NCBI GenBank assembly: GCA_963708365.1
Contig: CAVPSM010000011.1
Coordinates: 141,744-205,743, forward strand
DNA length: 64,000 nt
Direction of reading: 5' to 3'
DNA from: an uncultured Actinomycetes bacterium
Lineage (GTDB): Bacteria; Actinomycetota; Thermoleophilia; Gaiellales; JAICJC01
A program made the translations under genes and the position numbers. How positions within the stretch are numbered: the first letter of the stretch is position 1; each line of letters starts with the position of its first letter. The notes beneath the pieces were generated by a model. That model ran no database searches and was not told where the DNA came from. It saw only the letters and a program-made list of their open reading frames with translations. This document shows, piece after piece, positions 26,922 to 35,348 of this stretch.

Positions 26922-26957
26922 GGCCGGGTTGTGACACCCGGCGGTCAGTCGTTAGTG

Positions 26958-27938
26958 CTAGGCGACTTGTTCGCGGTCGAGCGCGAGCTCGTCGGCGCGG
27001 TAGAACCGCTCGGCGACCGGCCGTGTGGCGTCGATGACCGTGGCCGCCTCGTCCGGCGACAGCCGCCGTCGCCAGGCCCAGGCGTTCGCCTTGCTGTCCA
27101 TGGGTTGGAAGGCCGTCCGGCCGAGGCCGACGCGGCCCCACGGGTTGTTGCGGGCGGCGGGCCCGGCCATGCTGCCCTCGCGCACGGTCTTCTCCGCCCG
27201 GTCTGTCCACGGCAGGTCGAGCTGCTCGTAGAGCTCGCGGAAGCCGTTCTCCGGATCCATCGCCAGGTCCTCGTAGCGGACGAGGATGAACTCCGGATGG
27301 CGGTCGAGCTGCTGTGCGATCGCCGAGTGGATCAGGAGCCAGAGCAGGGCGCCGTGGCCGATGGGCTCGAGCGGCTCGTGGGCGGCGCGGACGATGTCGT
27401 CCATGTACTCCCGGAGGTAGCGGCCGATGAGCTCCGGCTGCGCTGCGATGTCGGGCAGGTTGTCCGCCCATCCGGGACCGATGCGCTTCAGGCTCGAGAC
27501 GATCCCGGCGGGGTGGCGGACGAGCATGACGACTCGGCAGTCGAGCCGGTCGGCCAGCCATTCGGCCGCGAAGACCTGGTACGGATCGTCGATCAGGGTG
27601 CGCATGCCGCGGGCGCGCCCGTACGTGAACGCGGTCAGGTACTTGGCGGCCTTCGCCAGGTCGTACACGCCATGGTTCGTGCGCAGCTCGGCGACAAGGT
27701 CGTAGCGCAGCTCGAGCATGTTACGGAACCCGTCCAGGTGCGCTGCCTCGTTGTGCTCCCCAACATGCTGGTAGGCAAGCGGCGGCGGGACGTGCAGGAT
27801 CCCGGGCGTGAGTCCCGGCGGGTGGCGGCGGTTGAACGGCTCGTTGACGTGCACGACGCCGCCGCCGCCCTCGATCATCTTCGCGACCCAGCTACCGCCC
27901 GAGCGGTGCATGCCCGTGAGCAGGATCGGTGTCTTCAT
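26958..27938 (-). CDS. sulfotransferase-family protein
   Basis: ORF 26958..27959 trimmed to Met8. It has a PAPS-binding 5-prime PSB-like motif (LLTGMHRSGGSW) and a ...VMLVRHPAGIVSS region. Confidence 0.75.
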   Translation of the reverse strand: MKTPILLTGMHRSGGSWVAKMIEGGGGVVHVNEPFNRRHPPGLTPGILHVPPPLAYQHVGEHNEAAHLDGFRNMLELRYDLVAELRTNHGVYDLAKAAKYLTAFTYGRARGMRTLIDDPYQVFAAEWLADRLDCRVVMLVRHPAGIVSSLKRIGPGWADNLPDIAAQPELIGRYLREYMDDIVRAAHEPLEPIGHGALLWLLIHSAIAQQLDRHPEFILVRYEDLAMDPENGFRELYEQLDLPWTDRAEKTVREGSMAGPAARNNPWGRVGLGRTAFQPMDSKANAWAWRRRLSPDEAATVIDATRPVAERFYRADELALDREQVA

Positions 27939-28146
27939 GCGCGTGCGTCCGCACGGCAAAGCTGAACGTGCCTCATCTCGCCTCCATCAGCCCGGACCAC
28001 GTAGGTGGTGAAGGTCCCGGGAAATCAAATTGAACACGCGCCGGTGCCATGGGTCAACCCCCACCGTGGTGAGCGCGCTTTTGGTTCGCGGACACCTGCG
28101 GTAATGTGTCGGCGTAGGCGGGCAGGGGCAACGGGCTGGAGGCACG

Positions 28147-28608
28147 ATGGGTGTGAGTCCCACACGGTTTGCGATCGCCATCTCGGGCGGGTTGGCGTGT
28201 CTGATGCTGGGCCTGCTGGCCGGAGTGAGCGCCGGCAGCAGCGCGACGAACCACGTGATGTCGGTGGAGACGGTGACCACGACGACGCGCGCGCAGCTGC
28301 AGGCTGCGGTCGACCGGACGATCACGGTCGACGGCAAGGTGCGCACGGAGACGCTCGCGGCACAGCAGCGCCAGGCAAACGCGGCGGTACGCACGGTGAC
28401 GCAGACGGTCACGAGGACTGTCACCGACCCCGTGACGGTCACGGAGACACAGGCGGCCGCAGGCCCGCCGCCGCCCGGTCCAGGGCACAAGCACAAGAAG
28501 GACAAGCACAAGGGCGGGCACGGGCCCGGTGGCCCCGGCGACGGTGGTGGCCCCGGCGACGGTGGCGGCCCCGGCGGCGGCGGTGACGGCGGGGGTGACG
28601 GCGGCTGA
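28147..28608 (+). CDS. membrane-anchored Thr/Val-rich protein with a Gly/Pro/Asp-rich tail, possibly 3-prime truncated by a frameshift
   Basis: A GGAGG SD is present. The TM segment is FAIAISGGLACLMLGLLAGV. Then come VETVTTTTRAQ...VRTVTQTVTRTVTDPVTVTETQ and GPGDGGGPGDGGGPGGGGDGGGDGG. Confidence 0.6.
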   Translation: MGVSPTRFAIAISGGLACLMLGLLAGVSAGSSATNHVMSVETVTTTTRAQLQAAVDRTITVDGKVRTETLAAQQRQANAAVRTVTQTVTRTVTDPVTVTETQAAAGPPPPGPGHKHKKDKHKGGHGPGGPGDGGGPGDGGGPGGGGDGGGDGG

Positions 28609-28860
28609 GCGGGATCTGGATCTACGCGGTCGTCGCGAGCCTGCACATCCCCGGCATCGCGATCCTGGCGCTGCTCCTGCGCGACCTGGCCGGCTCGGAT
28701 CCACCCGAGGCGGCCGACACCGGCCCGCCCGGCGGCGGGCCGCCGCCCGGATGGCGCTGGCGTCGCCGGCCGCGCCCGAGCGACGGGCGCAGGACCGGCC
28801 GAACGCACGCTCGCACGCCTGCCTGAGAATCCGTCAGGTCACTGCACTAGTGTTGCGCCC

Positions 28861-30513
28861 GTGAGCGCCCCCACGGCAAGCCGTGTGGCGATCCGGGGCC
28901 GCATCGTCACCATGGACGGTGCAGGCACCGTGATTCCCGACGGCGTCGTGTACATCGCGGGTGCCACGATCGCCTCGGTCGTCCCCGCCGCCGAGCCTCC
29001 GCCCGCCGGGTTCGAATCGGTCTCCGCACTGCGCACGGCCGGCACGATCTATCCGGGCCTGATCGAGCTTCACAACCACCTGAGCTACAACTGCCTGCAG
29101 CTCTGGCAGGTGCCGCGGGCGTTCACGAACCGCGGGCAGTGGTCGGCCGGCCCGGACTACCGCCGCCTGATCAGCGGCCCCATGCAGGTGCTCGGCAAGA
29201 CGCCGAGCCTCGTCCCGTCCTTGGTCCGCTTCGTCGAGGCGAAATGCCTCGTCGCCGGCGTGACGACGAGCCAGGGGATCGCGCTCTACTCGAACGCCGG
29301 CATCATCCGGTACTACCGCGGCGTGGTGCGCAACGTCGAGGAACCGGACGACCCGTCTCTCCCACCGGCCCACAGCCGCATCCCCGACGTCGCCGCCGCC
29401 GACGCCACCGCCTTTGCGGCCGAGCTCGCCCGCGACCACCGCCTGCTCCTGCACCTCGCCGAAGGCGTCGACGCCTCGGCCCGTCTCCACTTCCAGGCGC
29501 TGGAGCTGCCGGACAACACCTGGGCGATCTCCGACCACCTGATCGGCATCCACAGCGTCGCCCTGCAGCCTGCCGACATCACGGTGTTCGCCGACCACGG
29601 GGCCGCCATGGTGTGGTCGCCCCTTTCCAACCTGCTGCTCTACGGCGCGACCGCCAACGTGGCGGCGATGAAGGCCGCGGGCGTCATGATCGGGCTCGGC
29701 TCCGACTGGTCGCCGTCCGGCAGCAAGAACCTGCTCGGCGAGCTGAAGGTGGCCCAGCTCGTGAGCGCGCACGCCGACGGCGGCCCCATCTTCACCGATC
29801 AGGAGCTGGTCGCGATGGCGACCTCGACGGCCGCGCGGATGCTCGGCTGGGACAGCGCCATCGGTTCGATCGAGGCCGGGAAGCGGGCGGATCTCGTAGC
29901 GGTCTCGGGCGCCGCCGCCGACCCGTACTCCGAGCTCATCGCGGCGACCGAGCGCGACCTCGTGCTCGTCATGATCGGAGGGATCGCCGCGTGCGGCCAG
30001 CCCCACCTGGTCGAGCCGTTCACGAGCACCGGCGAGAGTGTGCGCATCGGCGGGCGCACCCGTCTGCTGAACTTCGCCCTGGCCGGTGACGATCCCGAGG
30101 TCGCCGTGGTCGGCCTTGCCCAGGCCCGGTCGACGCTGGCCGACGCGCTGCAGAACCTGGCCGAGCTGGCGCGAGCGCTCGAGCCGGCCGTGGTCGCGGC
30201 CGTCCCGGGGCTCGTCGCCGCCGAGCCACCTCTGGAAGGGCCGACACTCGTCCTCGACGAGATCGAGCACACCGATCACGCGCTGCGCACCCATCCCGCC
30301 GGCGGCGTCTCGGTGCTCCCGAGTGCCCAGCTGCTGGCGGCCCAGCCGCCGCTTTCGAGTGTCCTCGGCCCGCTCACGCTCGACGGGCTCACCGCCGACG
30401 ACGACCGGGCGTTCATGGAGACGCTCCAGAGCGAGGCCAACCTGCCCGACTATCTCGCGCCGAGCCTCGCCAGGGCCTACGCGAAGACGTCCGGTGGAGC
30501 TCGATCCGGCTGA
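28861..30513 (+). CDS. amidohydrolase-family protein (metal-dependent; deaminase/chlorohydrolase type)
   Basis: The HxH motif is GLIELHNHLSY. Also present: LLLHLAEG and GLGSDWSPSGS. Confidence 0.85.
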   Translation: MSAPTASRVAIRGRIVTMDGAGTVIPDGVVYIAGATIASVVPAAEPPPAGFESVSALRTAGTIYPGLIELHNHLSYNCLQLWQVPRAFTNRGQWSAGPDYRRLISGPMQVLGKTPSLVPSLVRFVEAKCLVAGVTTSQGIALYSNAGIIRYYRGVVRNVEEPDDPSLPPAHSRIPDVAAADATAFAAELARDHRLLLHLAEGVDASARLHFQALELPDNTWAISDHLIGIHSVALQPADITVFADHGAAMVWSPLSNLLLYGATANVAAMKAAGVMIGLGSDWSPSGSKNLLGELKVAQLVSAHADGGPIFTDQELVAMATSTAARMLGWDSAIGSIEAGKRADLVAVSGAAADPYSELIAATERDLVLVMIGGIAACGQPHLVEPFTSTGESVRIGGRTRLLNFALAGDDPEVAVVGLAQARSTLADALQNLAELARALEPAVVAAVPGLVAAEPPLEGPTLVLDEIEHTDHALRTHPAGGVSVLPSAQLLAAQPPLSSVLGPLTLDGLTADDDRAFMETLQSEANLPDYLAPSLARAYAKTSGGARSG

Positions 30514-30907
30514 GGCGCAGGCGCTCTTCGGCTCGGCCCGCGTCGCCCGCCTGGCGACGGTGCGGCCGGACGGGTCGCCCCACGTCGTGCCCGTCTGTTT
30601 CGCGGTCTCCGGCGACGCGATCTACACGGCTGTCGATCACAAGCCGAAGTCGACGACCGACCTCGCCCGCCTGCGCCACATCGCCGCCGAGCCGCGCGTC
30701 GCGCTCCTCGCAGACCGCTACGACGACGACTGGTCGCGGCTGTGGTGGGTGCGCGTGGACGGCGACGCGGAGGTGGTCGACTCGCCGCAGGAGCGGGACG
30801 AGGCGCTGGCCGCGCTCGCAGCGACGTATCCGCAGTACGCGGTGAGACCCCCGCAGGGGCCCGTGATCGTCGTACAGCCGCGGCGGTTTCAGGGGTGGCG
30901 GGCATGA
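30494..30907 (+). CDS. PPOX-class (pyridoxamine-5-phosphate-oxidase-like), probably F420-dependent, oxidoreductase
   Basis: A GTG start inside ORF 30086..30907 overlaps the amidohydrolase end. Motifs ARVARLATVRPDGSPHVVPVCF and WWVRVDG are present. Confidence 0.8.
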   Translation: MELDPAEAQALFGSARVARLATVRPDGSPHVVPVCFAVSGDAIYTAVDHKPKSTTDLARLRHIAAEPRVALLADRYDDDWSRLWWVRVDGDAEVVDSPQERDEALAALAATYPQYAVRPPQGPVIVVQPRRFQGWRA

Positions 30908-31002
30908 GGGGCTTGCCAAGGTTCGAAACGGACGTGACAATGCCTTCACCTCCGCCCGGGTTTGGGGTACGGTTCCCGGGTCACAACGACGGGTAGGTTG
31001 CT

Positions 31003-31746
31003 GTGGGAGTCTTCGCAAAGGTCTTGCTGGCCATCGCCATCCTGGTGGCGAACGGCGTATTGCTCTTCGTCATCCTGCGGTTCCTGCTCTGGCTGGCGTT
31101 CCCGGGCAGGCGAGACGAGGAAGCCGCAGCCGCCGCAGCCATCCCGGCTGCGGGAGCGGCGGCCGCCGGAGCGCTTGCAGCTTCCGCCGAGAGCGGCAAG
31201 GCAGGGTCCGTCGCCGCGGCGGTGGCGACTGTGCCTGCGCTACCCGAGCCGTCCGCATCGCCGCCCACGCCCGGCATGCCCGTGCTCGCGATGGCCTCCG
31301 CCGGTCGGCCGCGTGCGTATCCGCACCGGCTCCTGATCGGGCTGCCCGTAATCCTTGCGCTCTTCGCCGGAGGCGTCTGGCTTGGGAGCGTCGTCGGGGG
31401 ATCCGGCTCCGCAGCCGCCGCCACGCACACGATTCACGTGACCGGGAGGGTGATTACCGTCAACCACAGGACGGAGGTCCGCGTCCCGGCGCAGACGGTG
31501 TTGATCAAGAAGGGCAGCGTCATCTCCGTTCCCGCGGCAACCGTGAGGCTCCCAGCGCACGTGGTGACGCACACCGTCAAGCGCACGATCACGACCGTCC
31601 TCCCGGGGACGACGAGCACCGTCGAGACCACCGTGGTGATCCCGACCACGGTGTTCGATACGGGCACGACGACCACGGTCACCGAGACCACGACCGAGAC
31701 GGTCACGTCCGGCACGACGACGACGTCGACCTCCGCGACCACGTAG
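31003..31746 (+). CDS. membrane-anchored Thr/Val-rich protein (paralogous in style to 28147)
   Basis: The N-terminal TM is VLLAIAILVANGVLLFVILRFLLWLAF. Later segments read HVTGRVITVNHRTEVRV...VVTHTVKRTITTV...TTTTVTETTTETVTSGTTTTSTSATT. Confidence 0.65.
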   Translation: MGVFAKVLLAIAILVANGVLLFVILRFLLWLAFPGRRDEEAAAAAAIPAAGAAAAGALAASAESGKAGSVAAAVATVPALPEPSASPPTPGMPVLAMASAGRPRAYPHRLLIGLPVILALFAGGVWLGSVVGGSGSAAAATHTIHVTGRVITVNHRTEVRVPAQTVLIKKGSVISVPAATVRLPAHVVTHTVKRTITTVLPGTTSTVETTVVIPTTVFDTGTTTTVTETTTETVTSGTTTTSTSATT

Positions 31747-31759
31747 GATCGGTCGGGCG

Positions 31760-32125
31760 ATGAGCGTGCTCGCCCTCGTGCACATGCGCGGCAACACGGA
31801 CCGCCTGCTCGAAGCGTCGGACAAGCTGTCCGAGGCATTCGGGATGCCGGAGGGCCTGATCGCGTCGGTGACCGCCCCGACCGACGAAGGCATCGTGCTC
31901 ATGCAGCTGTGGGAGTCCGACGACCACCGCACCCGGGCCAACGACGACCCCGAGAACCGCGACGCGCTCCAGGCGAGCGGCCTCCTGCGCGAGACGATCT
32001 CCGGCTCGGCCGAGGTGTGCATCACCGACCGGGTCAAGTTCTCGGACGTGGTCGCCGCCCCGCGGACGCGGCGCAAGCGGACGCCCCGGGCGAAGGCGGC
32101 CGCCACGCCCGGCGATACCATGTGA
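31760..32125 (+). CDS. hypothetical protein (possibly a dimeric alpha-beta-barrel/ABM-like fold)
   Basis: ORF-track 121 aa. I recognise no motif. The stop lies 7 nt before tRNA-Gly. Confidence 0.5.
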   Translation: MSVLALVHMRGNTDRLLEASDKLSEAFGMPEGLIASVTAPTDEGIVLMQLWESDDHRTRANDDPENRDALQASGLLRETISGSAEVCITDRVKFSDVVAAPRTRRKRTPRAKAAATPGDTM

Positions 32126-32132
32126 CACCCGC

Positions 32133-32203
32133 GCGGGCGTAGCTCAATGGCAGAGCAAGAGCCTTCCAAGCTCAAGACGGGAGTTCGATTCTCCTCGCCC
32201 GCT
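32133..32203 (+). tRNA. tRNA-Gly (anticodon TCC)
   Basis: Hand fold: acceptor GCGGGCG/CGCCCGC, D-arm GCTC-AATGGCA-GAGC, anticodon loop CTTCCAA, T-loop TTCGATT. Confidence 0.85.
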
Positions 32204-32216
32204 CCTCCTTCGTCCT

Positions 32217-32242
32217 CTCCGCGTCCCTGGCTCCACGCGGAG
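32217..32242. terminator. hairpin between tRNA-Gly and the convergent hydrolase gene
   Basis: CTCCGCG-tccctggctcca-CGCGGAG (7-bp stem). Confidence 0.4.
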
Positions 32243-32246
32243 GCGG

Positions 32247-33029
32247 CTACGAAATCAGCGCCAGGTAGGTGACGGGCTGCCCTTTGTGATCCGAGGCGAC
32301 CGCCGAGAGGCTGAGCTTGAACGGCGCTGGCTCGCTGCCGTGGCTGGTTACGGTCGGGTCCGGGCCGGACTGCACGATGACGACGACGTGCTGCTCGAGG
32401 GGGTCGCCGCCGAAGACTATGAGGTCGCCGGGTTGCGCCTTGTCGGGGTCAATCGGCTTCAGGTGGGCGAGCATGGTCATCGTGCTGCCGTCGCCGGTGT
32501 AGCCGAGACCGTTGGGATCTGGTGCCTCGGCCCAGCGGGCAAACAGGGTGGTCGAGCCGGAGCAGTCAGTCGTGAGCGGCAGCGTGCCGGGTAGGTCGTT
32601 GACCGGGATCGGCCGCTTCTCGGCGTAGTGGATCTGGGTGGCGTTGTCGACCGCCCACAGGCACCAATTCACCATCCGCTCGCGCACGTTGCTGTTCGCC
32701 TTGAATAGACGGCGCCGATGTGCGCTGGGCGCGACGAACATGTTCGGGCGTTGCTTGTAGCCCGGCGCGCCCTTGCGCACGAGATAGCCGTAGAGGTTCG
32801 GTCCGAACTCACGGTTTATCTCGGCCTCCGGGTAGCCCAGCAGGAACTTGGCCAGGCGAGTCGCGTCCGCCGTCTTGTGGCCGTACTGCCGGTCGGCCTT
32901 GCCGGGGTGGAAGTTGATGCCGAAGCGGTTGTCGTGAAGCACCTGCTGAGCGGCCTCCACGTCATCGCCGGTCATCATCGGATCGGCGAGCGTCAGCTTC
33001 CTCGAATCGCCAGGCAACGGCTGTGGCAC
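32247..33029 (-). CDS. cell-wall hydrolase: peptidoglycan-binding domain plus NlpC/P60- or CHAP-like Cys peptidase
   Basis: ORF 32247..33062 trimmed to a GTG with a GGGAGG SD. It has a PG_binding_1-like segment (MTGDDVEAAQQVLHDNRF) and a catalytic-Cys context (LTTDCSGSTTLFARWA). GC is visibly lower than in flanking DNA. Confidence 0.7.
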   Translation of the reverse strand: MPQPLPGDSRKLTLADPMMTGDDVEAAQQVLHDNRFGINFHPGKADRQYGHKTADATRLAKFLLGYPEAEINREFGPNLYGYLVRKGAPGYKQRPNMFVAPSAHRRRLFKANSNVRERMVNWCLWAVDNATQIHYAEKRPIPVNDLPGTLPLTTDCSGSTTLFARWAEAPDPNGLGYTGDGSTMTMLAHLKPIDPDKAQPGDLIVFGGDPLEQHVVVIVQSGPDPTVTSHGSEPAPFKLSLSAVASDHKGQPVTYLALIS

Positions 33030-33255
33030 CGTCGACACCTCCCTTGAGCTCGCGCCGCACAATCACGATGGCATTGACGCGAGGTCTGTCTGCTGAATGC
33101 GTATCGGTAGGACACGAGACGGGCGGCGCTCTGGGATTTCTTCCCTCAGCCGAGCCGGGGCGCCCGCCAGCCCGACCGGGCGGACTCGGCGGCAGCCCCG
33201 TGCGGATCGTCTCCAGTCCCAGACGGTGGCGGGGGCCGCGTAGAATCGATCGGGC

Positions 33256-34880
33256 ATGGCGTCCCAGGCAGATGGCCAACCGGTGCGCCTGGCGGAACTC
33301 GTCGCAGCGCTTTCGCTGGGCATCGACCTCGGCTTCGGCCAGCCGATGGAGCACGTGCTGCGCCAGTGCCTGATCGCGCTGCGCTTGGCCGAGCGGATCG
33401 GCCTGAAGGAGGAGTCGCGCGCCGTCGTCTACTACACGGCGCTGCTGGTCAGCGTGGGCTGCCACACCGACGCCCACGAGCAGGCCAAGTGGTTCGGCGA
33501 CGACATCGCGCTCAAGTCGATCAAGTACGAGTACGGTCCGGGCAGGCGCGCGGTCGCAGCCAGCATGCGCATGATCGGCTCGGGCAATCCTCCTCTGCAC
33601 CGCTTCCGGATCGGGCTCGAGTTCGCGCTCTCCGGCCGCCGTGAGGTGGACGACATGATCAATCACCACGCCGCCCTCGCCGTCTCGCTGGCCGAGCAGC
33701 TGGGTCTGCCCGATGCGGTGTTAGAGGCGGTCGGATGCTCGTACGAGCAGTGGGACGGCCAGGGCTGGCCGGGCCGAAGGGCCGGAACGGACGTGCCCGT
33801 GGCCGCGCGCATCGCGGGGCTGGCCGACTTCGTGGAGGTGGCCTACCGCATGGGCGGCGTGGACGCAGCCCGGCAGGTGGCCCGCCGCCGGCGCGGCAAG
33901 CAATTCGATCCGGCGCTGGCCGACGTGGTCTACGACGACGGCGAGATGATCCTGTCCGGGCTCGACGACGTCGGCACGTGGAACGCGGTGATCGACGCCG
34001 AGCCGTCGCTGGCGGTGGCGGTCGACGCCGAGCAGTTCGAGGAGGCGCTGCGCGCGGTCGCGAACTTCGTCGACCTGAAATCGCCATACAGCCTGGGCCA
34101 CGCCATTGCGGTGTCCGACCTGTCAGGCGACGCCGGCCGGCGGCTGGGGATGCCCGCGAGCGACGTGGCAACCCTGCGTGGGCCGGACTCGTGCACGGAC
34201 TCGGCCGGCTCGGCATCTCCAACGCGATCTGGGACAAGACGGCGGCGCTCGGCGCCGGCGAGTGGGAGCGGGTGCGCCTGCACCCCTATCTGACCGAGCG
34301 GATGCTGCAGCAGTCCCGGTCGCTGGCGCCTTTGGGCGCGATCGCGGTGCAGCTGCGCGAGCGCCTGGACGGCTCCGGCTATCCGCGCGGGCTGTCCGGC
34401 GCAGGCCTCTCGCAGCCGGCGCGGGTGCTGGGTGCAGCCGACGCCTACCAGGCGATGCGCGAGCCACGCCCCTACCGCCCGCCGCTTCCGGACGACCTGG
34501 CGGCCGGCGAGTTGCGCGCCGAGGTCACGGCCGGTCGTATGGACTCCGAGGCAGTCGACGCCGTCCTGGCCGCGGCGGGCCATCGCATCCGCGGGCGGCG
34601 CAGCGGGCCGGCCGGCCTCACCCCGCGCGAGGTCGAGGTCCTCCGGCTGCTGGCGCGCGGCCTGTCCAACAAGCAGATCGCGGCGCAGCTGGTGATCACA
34701 CCCAAGACCGTCGGGAACCACGCGGAGCACATCTACGCAAAGATCGGCACCCCCAACCGGGCCGGCGCCGGCCTGTTCGCAATGCAGCACGGGCTCTTGC
34801 CCGAGGAGCATCCTGCGCCCGAACCCGGCCACGGCAAGATGGGGCGAACGCCTCATGCCGGCCGCATGATCGATTCCTAG
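33256..34880 (+). pseudogene. HD / HD-GYP-like domain regulator with a C-terminal LuxR(GerE) HTH, interrupted by one frameshift
   Basis: ORF 33256..34293 reads up to ...MPASDVATLR. The frame of ORF 33735..34880 continues with AGLVHGLGRLGISNAIWDK...DGSGYPRG...LTPREVEVLRLLARGLSNKQIAAQLVITPKTVGNHAEHIYAKIG. The junction is near 34176-34185. Confidence 0.7.
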
Positions 34881-34911
34881 ACTGGGGCCAGTCCAGCCAA
34901 AGGAGAGCGAG

Positions 34912-35301
34912 ATGCTCAAAGTCTCACGGCAGAGCGCCCAGCACGTCGAAACCCACGGCCCGGTCGAGGATCGCCACCAGGACGGCGACGGCTACACCAT
35001 CAACTTCGTCACGTTCGGGGCGGACGTCGATGCAACCCCGCTGCTGAAAGGCCTGCCTGGCGATAACTGCCACTGCCCGCACTGGGGCTATGTGATCAAG
35101 GGCCGGATGACCTACCTGGCCGACGACGGCGAGCACGTGGTCGAGGCTGGCGACGCCTTCTACCTGCCACCCGGACATATCCCCACGGTCGAGGCCGGGA
35201 CCGAGATCGTGCAATTCAGCCCCACCGAGCAGCTGAACGAGGTGTCCCGGCACATGTCCGAGAACATGCGGCGCATGCAGGGGGCGAGCGCGCCCGGCTG
35301 A
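34912..35301 (+). CDS. cupin-domain protein
   Basis: An AAAGGAG SD is present. The cupin core reads CHCPHWGYVIKGRMTYLADDGEHVVEAGDAFYLPPGH. Confidence 0.75.
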   Translation: MLKVSRQSAQHVETHGPVEDRHQDGDGYTINFVTFGADVDATPLLKGLPGDNCHCPHWGYVIKGRMTYLADDGEHVVEAGDAFYLPPGHIPTVEAGTEIVQFSPTEQLNEVSRHMSENMRRMQGASAPG

Positions 35302-35314
35302 CGCTCGAGGGCAC

Positions 35315-35348
35315 GGGCGCCGCGGTACTGTGTTACCGCGCGGCGCCC
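35315..35348 (+). terminator. intrinsic-terminator-like hairpin
   Basis: GGGCGCCGCGGTA-ctgtgt-TACCGCGCGGCGCCC (13 bp with a 2-nt bulge), 14 nt after the stop at 35301. Confidence 0.6.

Noticed and set aside
25848-27965. 705-aa plus-strand ORF, and similar very long ORFs: 52870-55482 (870 aa), 21567-23546, 23312-24718, 57386-59242, 61379-63463, 95-1528, 354-1685, 15358-16758
   Set aside because: Their composition is Arg/Pro/Gly/Ala-dominated with no motifs. Each lies antisense or out of frame over a gene with clear family signatures. These are typical shadow ORFs of very GC-rich DNA.
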